64,000 bases of DNA from an uncultured Erysipelotrichaceae bacterium (GCA_902794075.1 CADBGE010000001.1:208137-272136); one strand, 5' to 3'. Positions 17,110 to 27,326 are shown, counted from the first letter of the stretch. Translations and numbers: made by a program. Notes: generated from the letters alone by a model not told the origin.

Positions 17110-18033
17110 ATGATAAGTTTAATTGATTACATAAAAAGCATTACGACTTCAAAACATAGAAATGTATTCAATGAATCGTATGAAGAATTTTATAATAAAA
17201 CTAATAAGTCATATGATGAATACATTGAATCGTTTTATAAAAACAAAGAAATGTGTAGACGATTTAACTTTGATGTTGATGATGAATCATATGAAAAACA
17301 AATACAAGATTTATATGAAACATTATTAAGTTCTAGTTCAAATGATTATTTTATAGATTGTTTTAAACAACGATTTAGAAATGATTTTGTTCGAGCAGAC
17401 ATACCATCGTATATAGATAATCAAAAAGTAGACGGATGCGTTAAACTAAAAGTCAAAAAATCATTTGATGAAGAATCTGAACGGTTCAAAAGTTTTCTAA
17501 ATGTACATAATTATTATATAGTTAAGATTGATGAAGAAATAGCATATAAAATTATATATGTTGAACGATACATACAAGACAATTACACAAATGAAGTATA
17601 TGAAACATATAATGGAATATTATATCATGTGACAACAAAAAACAAAAAAGATAAGATATTGAAATTTGGATTACATCCTAAAGGAAATGAATATGAAAGG
17701 TCACATGTAAATTTAATTGGATTGGGAAATAAAGATGTGAAACATCCAAAAAGATTATATTTCTTTGCAAACAAAAAACATAGTGAAACACTATATAGAA
17801 CATTGCATAATAATATTGATGAAATATGTGTTTTAAGAATAGATTTAAAGAAATATAAAAACACAATAAGATTTTTTAGAGATGATTCATTTTCTGACTT
17901 AAGATCAATATTCACGTATGAGCCAATACCTCCATATTGCATAAGTGAAGTTAACAACACGAATGTTCTTATGAATAATGACATATTCATATCATTCGTA
18001 AATAAAATAAAGAAACTTTTTAAGATTTATTAA
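17110..18033 (+). CDS. ADP-ribosyltransferase-fold (Tpt1/KptA- or PARP-like) domain protein with CTS-like N-terminus (MISLIDYIKS)
   Basis: Corrected start at ATG 17110, downstream of the terminator. Motif YNGILYHVTTKNKKDKILKFGLHPKG...RSHVNL resembles the Tpt1 LYHGT...I...GL.P..R.HVHL pattern. Paralogous to 58033-58773 and 61847-62755. Confidence 0.55.
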   Translation: MISLIDYIKSITTSKHRNVFNESYEEFYNKTNKSYDEYIESFYKNKEMCRRFNFDVDDESYEKQIQDLYETLLSSSSNDYFIDCFKQRFRNDFVRADIPSYIDNQKVDGCVKLKVKKSFDEESERFKSFLNVHNYYIVKIDEEIAYKIIYVERYIQDNYTNEVYETYNGILYHVTTKNKKDKILKFGLHPKGNEYERSHVNLIGLGNKDVKHPKRLYFFANKKHSETLYRTLHNNIDEICVLRIDLKKYKNTIRFFRDDSFSDLRSIFTYEPIPPYCISEVNNTNVLMNNDIFISFVNKIKKLFKIY

Positions 18034-18036
18034 TAA

Positions 18037-19788
18037 ATGATACATTTTAAATTTTCAGAAAACGACACAAGATATGTTTTTCTAAAATGTGATACTAAAC
18101 TTGATGAAGTGAACATAGGAAATTTAATTAAACATATCAATCTTGTGGATCCTATATGCTATCTTCCTACATATAAGGGTATACCATATACACAAGACTT
18201 CATATGGAAATATGTTAAAAAAGATGGTAGAAAGCTGTGGTATGCTGCGATTGGAATGACACAACCAATCATTGAGTTTTTCAAAGCAAATGGCATAGAA
18301 TATGATGGAATAGAATCACATTATTTCAAAAGACGAATGATTCATACGTTTGAGGAGTTTACTGATATTGTTGATTCATGGAACTTAAAATATAAACCAC
18401 GCCCATACCAATATGAAGTAGCATACAAAGTATTAACATATTATCAATCATTAAGCATAGCAGCAACAAGAGCGGGAAAGACACTTATTAGCTATATTGT
18501 GTTCAGATATGCAATGGAATACTTAGGCGTTAAGAAGATACTTATGATAGTTCCAAGCATTGACTTGGTAAAGCAAGGGTATAATGACTTCAGTGATTAT
18601 GCAGAATTCTTTAAGACAGAATGCGTATGGGGTGGAGGAAAGTTAGTTGAGTCATCTAATCTTACTATAGGAACATTCCAAAGTCTAATTAAGTTCTTAG
18701 ATAAGAAGTCAAAGAAGTATAATCCACACTTCTATGATGACTATGATTGTGTGTTCGTTGATGAAGTTCATAGAGCGACTGCAGCTCAAACTAAGACAAT
18801 CATTAGTCAACCATTCATGAAGACTGCAAAGATAGTGTTTGGTATGACAGGAACATTGCCAAAGGAGCACACGATACCTCGGTATGTACTTCATAGTTTG
18901 CTTGGAAGTAAGATTCAGGAAATTACTCCAAGAGAACTTATGGATGCAGGATATATAGCAAATGTAGACATAAGACAGATAAGACTGAACTATAGTAATG
19001 TTGATGAGCAGAAGAAGCTCTGGATACGATGCGCAGAATATGCACTTTCAGATTTCATGTATCAGAAGAACGAAAAGACGGGAAGAAACGAAAAGATTAA
19101 GCTACCTAATGGTAAGTTTCTGTTGCAGAACATGAAGAAACTTCCGTCAGGCATACAGATAGCAAAGGAAAGGATCTATGAAAGAATGGGTGAGTTTGCT
19201 GCAGAGGAATCCTACATAGAAATGCTTAAGGGAACTATCAAGGAAAGTACAAAGAGCAATCTCCTACAGATAGAAAAGATGATGGTTCACTTTATGAAGC
19301 CACGTATCAAATTCTTATTAGACGACGTCATTCCAAAGTGCAATCATAACACTATTCTATTCTGTCATCATACAGAGTACTTACGATATGTTGAACAAAA
19401 GCTCAAAGAAACATTCCCGGAACGCCACATAGCAAGTATTAGTGGGGCAGTTGGTAGTAAAAGACGAGATGAGATTAAACAGATGCTAAAGGATTATAAT
19501 GATTGTATTCTTGTAGCTAGTTATGCATGTGTTGGAACAGGATTGACATTAAACAATTTATGTTACGGAATATTGTTTGAGAGCTTCAAGTCCGAGGTTA
19601 TAAACATGCAAAGTATCGGTAGAGGCCTGGGATTGTCAGACATGCGCGATACTTTCATATTGTATGATATTATTGATGTGTTTGATAAGAATGTACTAAG
19701 TAATAAACTATTCCTTCAGGGTCTTGCAAAGATTAAGATATACCAAGAAAACAAATATGCATATCATATAGAGAACATTAATCTATAA
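18037..19788 (+). CDS. SF2 DEAD/DExH-box DNA helicase (UvsW/Rad25-like)
   Basis: Motif I ATRAGKT, motif II VFVDEVHRA, motif III MTGT, motif VI QSIGRGLG. Confidence 0.8.
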   Translation: MIHFKFSENDTRYVFLKCDTKLDEVNIGNLIKHINLVDPICYLPTYKGIPYTQDFIWKYVKKDGRKLWYAAIGMTQPIIEFFKANGIEYDGIESHYFKRRMIHTFEEFTDIVDSWNLKYKPRPYQYEVAYKVLTYYQSLSIAATRAGKTLISYIVFRYAMEYLGVKKILMIVPSIDLVKQGYNDFSDYAEFFKTECVWGGGKLVESSNLTIGTFQSLIKFLDKKSKKYNPHFYDDYDCVFVDEVHRATAAQTKTIISQPFMKTAKIVFGMTGTLPKEHTIPRYVLHSLLGSKIQEITPRELMDAGYIANVDIRQIRLNYSNVDEQKKLWIRCAEYALSDFMYQKNEKTGRNEKIKLPNGKFLLQNMKKLPSGIQIAKERIYERMGEFAAEESYIEMLKGTIKESTKSNLLQIEKMMVHFMKPRIKFLLDDVIPKCNHNTILFCHHTEYLRYVEQKLKETFPERHIASISGAVGSKRRDEIKQMLKDYNDCILVASYACVGTGLTLNNLCYGILFESFKSEVINMQSIGRGLGLSDMRDTFILYDIIDVFDKNVLSNKLFLQGLAKIKIYQENKYAYHIENINL

Positions 19789-20418
19789 GTATAAATATCT
19801 TTTATTTAATGGAATCATTGACAGTAATTTATGAAATTCATTTTCAAGTTCATTGTTCGCAATTCCACATTTTTTATAAATTTTTAACAGATCAGAACCA
19901 AGCTTAATTTTATAAAATATATTTTTACAGCTATTGGGTATGCATTGGTTATAGATTAATTCCTTTATTTTTATATGATAATTAATTGATTCATACAAAA
20001 TTTTTGATGTATGTATTTCGCCGTTATAATAATAAGTTATTTCTTTAACTAATAAATTATTTTTATATTCTTTTTTATCATCTAATATTTTTTTTGTTTT
20101 GTTACAGATATCAACAAATAAATATTGTTTTTGTATATTGGATAATATTTGTTTAATCACATTATTTAAATACTTAAAAACATCGTTCAATTCACCCTCA
20201 TCAACGAGTTCCAAATTTTCATTATGTAAAACAATAATGTCTAAATCTTTATTTATGTTTCTTTTAACATCACGTAAATTATAAAATGGCTCATTATAAA
20301 GTAATGAGCCAACTAATACAAAACAATATTTATCTTTAAAATATTTAGAAACATTTTCATATATATGTATATAGATATTAAATCTACTGTTATTAATTCT
20401 ATCGTCCATCATATTCAA
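19783..20418 (-). CDS. Hypothetical protein, weak nucleotidyltransferase-like motif
   Basis: 211 aa. VLVGSLLYNEP...DLDIIVL loosely fits the GS...D.D pattern of Pol-beta-type nucleotidyltransferases. Convergent 6-nt overlap with the helicase stop. Confidence 0.45.
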   Translation of the reverse strand: MNMMDDRINNSRFNIYIHIYENVSKYFKDKYCFVLVGSLLYNEPFYNLRDVKRNINKDLDIIVLHNENLELVDEGELNDVFKYLNNVIKQILSNIQKQYLFVDICNKTKKILDDKKEYKNNLLVKEITYYYNGEIHTSKILYESINYHIKIKELIYNQCIPNSCKNIFYKIKLGSDLLKIYKKCGIANNELENEFHKLLSMIPLNKRYLYL

Positions 20419-22822
20419 TATAATTAACTAACTGAACAATTTTTGTTGTTTCATATGTATCATCAAAAGTAATTGTAATATTACTTTCATATTTAAAAAT
20501 TGCATCGTTTTGAGTATGACCATTATGCCACAAATTATCAATTTTTTCTGTATCACTCCCACTTAAATTATCGTATATATCATTCCATGTTGGAAATATC
20601 TTAGCACCGTATCCATCTACATAATCTTTTATAGTTATTTCAGACATAGTATTTAAGCATAATTGTATATTGTCAAAATACAAATTATCCCATTCTCCAT
20701 TTACAGTTGGATTAGCAAAATCATTTGATGAACTACCTCTATAATAAGTTTGAAAATGAATAGTTTTTATTTTAACAGGCACGGAAAAATTTATTACTAT
20801 TTTATGATGTTCTAACGTATTAATTATATCTGAAACATCATCGTCTTCAATTCTACGCCATTTATCATCACCATATTTTCTTATAGATTCATAAATATAT
20901 CCGTCTGTTACATTCACTGAACTATAATCAACCGCCGTAGGAGCAGTCATAGTTTCATCTGACATGATCCATGAAAGATTTCCTATTACTGTTCCAGTTC
21001 CAGAATAATTATCACGAATTTCACAATATAATGGATAATCTGTAGATTCACCATAATCAATGATGTTAGTATTATTATTTGAATGTATATCGCAACATAT
21101 ATAATATGACTTATGAGGCTCTAAAGTTACAGGTTTTAAATAGTTTGTAAGATCTGGTGAATAATTGGTTCCAACTGCTGTCATTGTCGTGGCGTCATAC
21201 ACTACAGGCTTAACGACATATGGGTTACTATTTGCACTTTCTCCAATAGGTTTACCAACAAAACATATATCTCTACTTTCTGAAGAAAAGTTAGTAAATT
21301 TTATATATTCTGATGATACAAATTCAATTATTGTTGGATCTTCATCATCAACATTATTATGACCTTCATATTTTCCTTGAGTCTTTTCAATATATATCAT
21401 TGGATTTACTGTATATTGAATACTACAAGAATTATCTCCAGCATATATTGTTGCTGTGTTTGTACCTGTTACATATGGATTTAATTTAACTATAATTCCC
21501 GACATTGCATAAACAGCATCATAAAGAAAGAGTGATGCGTTTTCTGATTCGCAAAAATCAGCAATATTATTTGTCGTTATTAATGATGGGTCAATCCATC
21601 CACCAGATGGATTAATTGTCCATAATGCATATATATCATCACCATACAAGAATTCAGTTTTACCATTATTTAATTTAGAATCTAATTGTAATGACATTGA
21701 GTTAATGTCATATATAGATGTAAAATCAAATTCTTTACGTATACAGTCTAAACCGTATGGATACTCTGATATGTTGCCAGGATCTACCCATTGTTCAAAA
21801 TTAATTATACAATGACCTTTTAAATCAGGAAGATTTGCGAAATATCTAAAAAGTGTTTTAGTTGGATAGTTCGTTTTATAATTTGCAACAAGATTGTTAT
21901 CTGAAAAACTATTTGAAACTATTTGCAATTTGGTTTCAGAAGTTTTTAATCGCGGATTACAGTTTGAAAAGTTAAAGAAGTCCGTTCCATCTAATAATTC
22001 ATCTTCTTTACGGGCATAAACGTATGAAACTGATTCATATCCTCTAACACATCCACCGGTATTACCAGACTGACTACTAGGAAATGATACTGTACTAATT
22101 GTGTATGAATAATCAGAATTTACAGTTATGTCATTATAGCTATAAGTATTTTCACCACTAGAATTATTTGGAACTACTGGGGTAAATCTTAAACCCTGTG
22201 TTGCCCACTTATTAGTACCATCAGTTGTTCCTACACTAAAAGTATGTCCATAAATATTATCTGTACCGAATACTAAATTATCAATATTACCTGATGCAAC
22301 TTCTTCAGAAATGTCAATCAATAAATATGTTATATTATTATTTTGTTTTTTATATTGTATTATAGATAAAGAATCTGAATATGATGTTACATCTTTTATT
22401 GTAACATTGCTTGGAGAAATAGTTGCATAAAAATTTAAATCATGATTAGCCTGATTAATTAATGTTAAATTATTATAATTTAAATGTATTTGTTTAATGC
22501 TGCCAATTGTTTCCCCATACGGAAAAACGCTTATGTCAGTTGCTGCAACAGTTCTAGTAATAATTTTAGTTTTTGCAGTTATTAATTCAATAGGCACAAG
22601 CCGTTTATTTTCATATTGACCATTAACAGATAAATATCCAATTGTGATAGTACCGTCTCCTCCAGAATCAGTTTCAACATTAACAGAATTAATAGTTTCA
22701 TATGTTAGACACCGATATGAATCATCATTATAATAATGTGTATTCCACCAATCCGAAAAAGTGGCATTTTCAAGATGTTTAATTAAAGTTCTTATTTTTG
22801 AAACGGTATTTATTTCTCCCAT
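20399..22822 (-). CDS. Large tail / receptor-binding structural protein (807 aa)
   Basis: First gene (distal end) of the minus-strand fibre cassette. Ser/Thr/Asn/Tyr-rich beta composition. Confidence 0.65.
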   Translation of the reverse strand: MGEINTVSKIRTLIKHLENATFSDWWNTHYYNDDSYRCLTYETINSVNVETDSGGDGTITIGYLSVNGQYENKRLVPIELITAKTKIITRTVAATDISVFPYGETIGSIKQIHLNYNNLTLINQANHDLNFYATISPSNVTIKDVTSYSDSLSIIQYKKQNNNITYLLIDISEEVASGNIDNLVFGTDNIYGHTFSVGTTDGTNKWATQGLRFTPVVPNNSSGENTYSYNDITVNSDYSYTISTVSFPSSQSGNTGGCVRGYESVSYVYARKEDELLDGTDFFNFSNCNPRLKTSETKLQIVSNSFSDNNLVANYKTNYPTKTLFRYFANLPDLKGHCIINFEQWVDPGNISEYPYGLDCIRKEFDFTSIYDINSMSLQLDSKLNNGKTEFLYGDDIYALWTINPSGGWIDPSLITTNNIADFCESENASLFLYDAVYAMSGIIVKLNPYVTGTNTATIYAGDNSCSIQYTVNPMIYIEKTQGKYEGHNNVDDEDPTIIEFVSSEYIKFTNFSSESRDICFVGKPIGESANSNPYVVKPVVYDATTMTAVGTNYSPDLTNYLKPVTLEPHKSYYICCDIHSNNNTNIIDYGESTDYPLYCEIRDNYSGTGTVIGNLSWIMSDETMTAPTAVDYSSVNVTDGYIYESIRKYGDDKWRRIEDDDVSDIINTLEHHKIVINFSVPVKIKTIHFQTYYRGSSSNDFANPTVNGEWDNLYFDNIQLCLNTMSEITIKDYVDGYGAKIFPTWNDIYDNLSGSDTEKIDNLWHNGHTQNDAIFKYESNITITFDDTYETTKIVQLVNYIEYDGR

Positions 22823-22840
22823 ATTTTAAAACATTAATTC

Positions 22841-23785
22841 TTATTTTTTCTCAAGTTCTTTAATTCTTTCCTCTAATTCAGTAATCTTATTTATTAATTT
22901 ACTAACAACTAATGACAAAGAAGAATTATAATCAACAGATTTAACATTATGTATTTCTCCAGAATTATCGGAAGATGTAGTCACAAGTTCAGGATGCATT
23001 TTTTCTAAGTCTTGAGCAACAAATCCATACATATGAGAACCATTCATATTGAACTCATACATATTTATTTCGTCAATGTTCGCAATCTTTTCAATATCCG
23101 TTTTTAATCTTTCATCAGAATTCTCCATGAATTTTGGAGCAACAATCTGACCAGAAGTGCTGTTGGCTTCTAAAGATATTTTATTATTTGGACCAATTCT
23201 AACATAAGTATATGATACACTACTGCTGACATTAAAGTGTAATCCATCAACATTAGTATAATCATTTATAGATATACCTGATCTTGACAAAATTGCTTCA
23301 GGGTATGTTTGTATAAATCCTTGTGAACCACCAATTGTAATAGATCCTTTGTTCCATCCTATGGAAGAATTAGTTATATGTAATCCATCTATATTTCCTG
23401 AATATTGACTCCAATGAATTTCTTGGTCAGTATCGACTTTATTTGAACCGCTCTTTGAAACATAATTAGATATTTGAGAAGAAGTTGATTCAACAGCATC
23501 AAGGCGAGAATTAAGAACAGCCAATCCAATTGCTGTTGTCTGTTCATTCTCAATCATCTTTGTGTATATAACTTTATTCTGAACAGGATTAGTTGAAGTA
23601 TTGTTTAGTGTATCGTCAACTTTAACATGTCCATATGCTGTAGTTGATGCATGAATATTATGATCATTCCATGCTTTTGTAAGAGATTTAGTTGTGCCAT
23701 TATCATTAATTTGAACTAATCCTGCATAAGTAATTGGAAGCAATATGTCACTACCATTTTGTAATTTAATTGGATATGTTGCCAT
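22841..23785 (-). CDS. Tail fibre with C-terminal intramolecular chaperone (peptidase S74-like) domain
   Basis: N-terminal IKL.NG..LLPIT anchor motif shared with the other fibres. C-terminus ...SDERLKTDIEKI....MYGFVAQDLEKMHPELV... matches the endosialidase-type self-cleaving chaperone domain. Confidence 0.75.
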   Translation of the reverse strand: MATYPIKLQNGSDILLPITYAGLVQINDNGTTKSLTKAWNDHNIHASTTAYGHVKVDDTLNNTSTNPVQNKVIYTKMIENEQTTAIGLAVLNSRLDAVESTSSQISNYVSKSGSNKVDTDQEIHWSQYSGNIDGLHITNSSIGWNKGSITIGGSQGFIQTYPEAILSRSGISINDYTNVDGLHFNVSSSVSYTYVRIGPNNKISLEANSTSGQIVAPKFMENSDERLKTDIEKIANIDEINMYEFNMNGSHMYGFVAQDLEKMHPELVTTSSDNSGEIHNVKSVDYNSSLSLVVSKLINKITELEERIKELEKK

Positions 23786-23837
23786 GAATAAATATTGTGA
23801 TTGTTTGTAAAAAACTAATTTTATTTTATATATAAAA

Positions 23838-23931
23838 ATATTTTCCTAAAATGATTTCGTGTATCTATAATAGACGATATATTTTCCTAAAATGATTTCG
23901 TGTATCTATAATAGACGATATATTCTTAAAA
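23838..23931. repeat. 41-bp direct tandem repeat (2.3 copies) in an intergenic region
   Basis: ATATTTTCCTAAAATGATTTCGTGTATCTATAATAGACGAT at 23838-23878 and 23879-23919, plus a partial third copy. Lies upstream of the fibre gene start at 23785 (minus). Confidence 0.85.
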
Positions 23932-23932
23932 A

Positions 23933-24763
23933 TTATCCTCCAGTAAATTCTACTGAAGTTGAACTAAAGTACATCTTATTTGTTACTTTATCTATAAACC
24001 CGTATCTTTGTAATGCTAAATTGCCAGGCATTAAACGAATTGGAACAAGATAATGAGCAATATCATTATTTTCTGGAAGGCCATTCCAAATCTTTACATA
24101 ATATATTCTACCTTTAAAGGGGACGTCTAAGTCAGACTTTGTATTTGATGATGTAGCAGTTGTATTTCCTCCACCTCGAGCAAACAAAAATAAATCCTTT
24201 GCAATAGTTGCATTATAATATGCTGAACCATTACCTGTTTTTTTTATTATTCCATTATGACGAATATCCCATGCTCCGTTTGTGTCATTAATGTTCCAAT
24301 TAAATACATAATTATTATTTATATTAATTGGATTCATTATACTGACTGCTCCTGACTTATTTGTTCCAGATGTACCACCTGTTGCATAATCATTATTTAA
24401 CGCCATATACCCATATAATCTATTTGGATTTTTTGCATCATTATAGCTAAACTTTAATAAACATAATGTATGATACCCAGTAGATCTATATGCTTGTCCA
24501 AAAACACTTTCTTGTGCGCGCTCTAAATCATTAAATTTATATTTTATTTCTAAACTTTGTTTACCTATGTTTAAAGGAATTTTAGTATTTATGTATGAAT
24601 TACCGTCACCTTCTATGTAGTTCACATATTCAAACATATTATCTATATGTAAATCATTATCATCTAAACATGTACTAGCAATTGGAAATAATTCATTACG
24701 TGTCATAATGAATTTATTTTTAAGATAATTTGCATGAAAATTAAATAATCTAAGATTTTTCAT
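23933..24763 (-). CDS. Receptor-binding protein with LamG/concanavalin-like lectin domain
   Basis: GRIYYVKIWNGLPENNDIAHYL... matches the LamG-type jelly-roll signature (vRiYNraLs..Ei). Confidence 0.6.
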   Translation of the reverse strand: MKNLRLFNFHANYLKNKFIMTRNELFPIASTCLDDNDLHIDNMFEYVNYIEGDGNSYINTKIPLNIGKQSLEIKYKFNDLERAQESVFGQAYRSTGYHTLCLLKFSYNDAKNPNRLYGYMALNNDYATGGTSGTNKSGAVSIMNPININNNYVFNWNINDTNGAWDIRHNGIIKKTGNGSAYYNATIAKDLFLFARGGGNTTATSSNTKSDLDVPFKGRIYYVKIWNGLPENNDIAHYLVPIRLMPGNLALQRYGFIDKVTNKMYFSSTSVEFTGG

Positions 24764-24804
24764 TTATTCTTATACATTTTTTAAAATTTTTTAAAAGTTA
24801 TAAT

Positions 24805-25692
24805 TTAGCCACCAATGAATATAGGTTCAGCTGGTTCTACAGATATAGCAGTTGGATCATTTTGTATTGTAGTACTATCTATTTGTGAAATATGTTCATT
24901 TATTTCAACACCGGATAAATTTTCATGAGTATGCCATGTATGATCTATAGTATCGTATAATCCGTATTGTCCGTCTGAATTATGTTTGCACGGAACTAAA
25001 TTATGAACAAGAACTCTATCATGATACATTTGAAGATGATGCAAGTATATCCATGATATATAAATAGCTGAATTTGATCCGAAATATCCATTAGTATTTT
25101 CAAAAAAACCTAATTTATTCCTGCTATACTGTTTAACAAATACATCATCTACATATAAATTAGCTGAATACTCTGTGGCACTTGAAGTTGATCTTGTAGT
25201 ATCAAATTTTAATACTTGTGGTTTTAATGGATCAGTTGATGCTAAAACAGTATTTATACCTATATTACCTTCAATTGAAAATAGTGTTTTTGAACCTGAT
25301 TGTGTTATACCGAAAACCCCACTAGTTTGTGCGTTACCAAAAAATTGGGATGCTGGACTGCTTCCACCTGTATTTCCAATTTTTGATTCTTGCCATGAAC
25401 ATTTTACAACCCATCTAATATGTGTTAATCCAGTATTTGATACCGCAAAACGACCTAATCCAGCCAATGAAGCAGTGTTATAAACATATCTGCATTTCGT
25501 GTATTCATCAGGAATTATGTCTGCTCCAAAGAATCCATTATTTTCTATATGGATATATTTACCATCATATGAATATGTATTAGTAGATGTATATGTAGAT
25601 ACTACAGGACATACATAACTCTGACGAATATTCAGATTTTCATTGGTATTTGCATTTGATAATGATGAATAATTAGATAATAAATATTTCAT
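24805..25692 (-). CDS. Putative tail fibre / receptor-binding protein
   Basis: Beta-rich and Gly/Ser/Thr/Asn-rich. Located within the fibre cassette. Confidence 0.6.
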   Translation of the reverse strand: MKYLLSNYSSLSNANTNENLNIRQSYVCPVVSTYTSTNTYSYDGKYIHIENNGFFGADIIPDEYTKCRYVYNTASLAGLGRFAVSNTGLTHIRWVVKCSWQESKIGNTGGSSPASQFFGNAQTSGVFGITQSGSKTLFSIEGNIGINTVLASTDPLKPQVLKFDTTRSTSSATEYSANLYVDDVFVKQYSRNKLGFFENTNGYFGSNSAIYISWIYLHHLQMYHDRVLVHNLVPCKHNSDGQYGLYDTIDHTWHTHENLSGVEINEHISQIDSTTIQNDPTAISVEPAEPIFIGG

Positions 25693-25714
25693 GTTTAGCT
25701 TATATATAAAATGT

Positions 25715-26362
25715 TTACTGTTGAGTTATTGTGATAGTTGGCTGTGTGATGTTTGAAAGTACCGTTAGTGTATTCGTAGGTGAAAATGTATGATTATGAT
25801 CTGGTATAGTAACAGTTTTATCTGGAATAGTAACTGAACATGATTGACCACCAACCGCAATTGTTTGTTCAGCTAATGTATATGTATATGATAATGTTGT
25901 TTCACTAGTTCCACCTGCTAAACCTAATGATGTATTATCAATGGTAACACTTATAGCATTATATTTTGTATATTTTAAATTAGAAACTGTTCCATTAATA
26001 TTTAGTGCAGGAATTGTTATGCTTTTTGTTCCTGTGGTTCCAGAAGCAGTGAATGATGCTAAAGTACCAGATAATGATTTACTTCCTATCGTTCCACCAG
26101 TTGTCTTATCGTATTTTGCTGTTCCACCACTAGCGGTTGCTCTATATGTTGGTATGGATGTTATATATCCAGCATCCTCTAATACTTCAACTCTATCATT
26201 AAGATCATTATATCCTGCAGCAGTTACTTCTTCATTCTCAAGAATTACATCCTTAACAGATTTAACCTGTCCATCAACAGACATTTGAACAACAGATGCA
26301 TCAGTTACTGGAATAAGAGTTACATTGTTGTTATCAGTTAGTTTTATGATTTTTGCGCTCAT
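25715..26362 (-). CDS. Tail fibre paralog (N-terminal anchor MSAKIIKLTDNNNVTLIPVTDASVVQ)
   Basis: Shares the IKL(T/K)...L.PvT.a.VvQ N-terminal motif with 22841, 27349, 30878 and 33903. Confidence 0.65.
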   Translation of the reverse strand: MSAKIIKLTDNNNVTLIPVTDASVVQMSVDGQVKSVKDVILENEEVTAAGYNDLNDRVEVLEDAGYITSIPTYRATASGGTAKYDKTTGGTIGSKSLSGTLASFTASGTTGTKSITIPALNINGTVSNLKYTKYNAISVTIDNTSLGLAGGTSETTLSYTYTLAEQTIAVGGQSCSVTIPDKTVTIPDHNHTFSPTNTLTVLSNITQPTITITQQ

Positions 26363-26468
26363 TTATACATATAAAAATTTTTGATATATTTAAAAATAAA
26401 ATATTCATAAAAAAATCCCTATCGTAAGATAAGGATATTATATATTTCATTATAATTGTGTTAATGAC

Positions 26469-27242
26469 TTATAAACCTAAATTAAACCTTTTATTGTCAA
26501 TCATTTGATTATGTCGCATTTCATCAGCAGATAATAATCTATTATAAATTCTTATAGAATATATATGTCCAACAAATTTTGTACCACTATTGTTTAACTC
26601 TCTGTTACCTATAGTATTTATTGTGTTATTACCTCCCCAATAATTACTTGCTATGCTTGTTCTATTGTTACTAAAATCTAATATACCAGCATTTTTGTTT
26701 ATGCTTATAGTATGCGGTACAGTGTTATATAAATCTGATGAAAATACATGTTCTGCATTTGCAACACTTCCGCCAGCATTTGGGTTAGCAGGATATATGC
26801 ACGCTCTACGTCCATTATCAAAGTATCCATAGGAAATTGATCCTACGGTCTTTTGTAGGAATAATAAACATCTTTTATTAGCTACAGTTGGCTTATATGT
26901 AATTTCAATCGTTGAAGATAAGTAATTAAAATCAATAGTGTCAGAGTTTTTAAGATACCCATTAGCATCTGACGTAAATATAAATGAATTATTGTCAGAA
27001 GTTATAGAACTATTGTTCTTTGTAAAGACATGCCCACCAATCAAATCTGTCCAAGCATTTGCCGTAGACCCCTTATCTATGCCGTCCAAATGAAATACTA
27101 AACCATTCTCTATATAATTTCTACCGTATATAACTGACAAAGGATTTCTGACTGTTATCACAACTGGTAAACTTGACACTGCTGATGAAAGACTGTCTGA
27201 ATTCTTATCAGCTTCTGTATCGTATACTCTTAAATACTTCAT
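26469..27242 (-). CDS. Receptor-binding protein with LamG-like lectin domain
   Basis: C-terminal GHIYSIRIYNRLLSADEMRHN is a classic LamG-type motif. Confidence 0.65.
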   Translation of the reverse strand: MKYLRVYDTEADKNSDSLSSAVSSLPVVITVRNPLSVIYGRNYIENGLVFHLDGIDKGSTANAWTDLIGGHVFTKNNSSITSDNNSFIFTSDANGYLKNSDTIDFNYLSSTIEITYKPTVANKRCLLFLQKTVGSISYGYFDNGRRACIYPANPNAGGSVANAEHVFSSDLYNTVPHTISINKNAGILDFSNNRTSIASNYWGGNNTINTIGNRELNNSGTKFVGHIYSIRIYNRLLSADEMRHNQMIDNKRFNLGL

Positions 27243-27260
27243 AAATTACGTTTCGTTAAA

Positions 27261-27274
27261 TATAATTAAAAATA
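27261..27274 (-). promoter_or_regulatory. Recurrent promoter-like motif (minus-strand reading ...TTTTTAATTATA...)
   Basis: One of at least 6 near-identical ATTTTTAATTATAT(A) motifs 25-50 nt upstream of minus-strand ATGs (also near 29178, 33817, 39341, 45529, 50595). Confidence 0.4.
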
Positions 27275-27288
27275 TTAATCAATTATAT

Positions 27289-27326
27289 AAAAAATCCTCC
27301 AAACGCGCGCGTTTGGAGGATTTTTG
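27289..27326. terminator. Bidirectional rho-independent terminator
   Basis: AAAAAATCCTCCAAACGCGC|GCGTTTGGAGGATTTTT, a perfect GC-rich palindrome with A and T tracts. Downstream of fibre gene 27349-29148. Confidence 0.8.

Noticed and set aside
16100-17990. ORFs 16100-16369, 16607-16999, 16800-16988, 17625-17990 and 17678-17866.
   Set aside because: They are antisense to, or nested within, longer ATG-initiated plus-strand genes. They have no independent signals.
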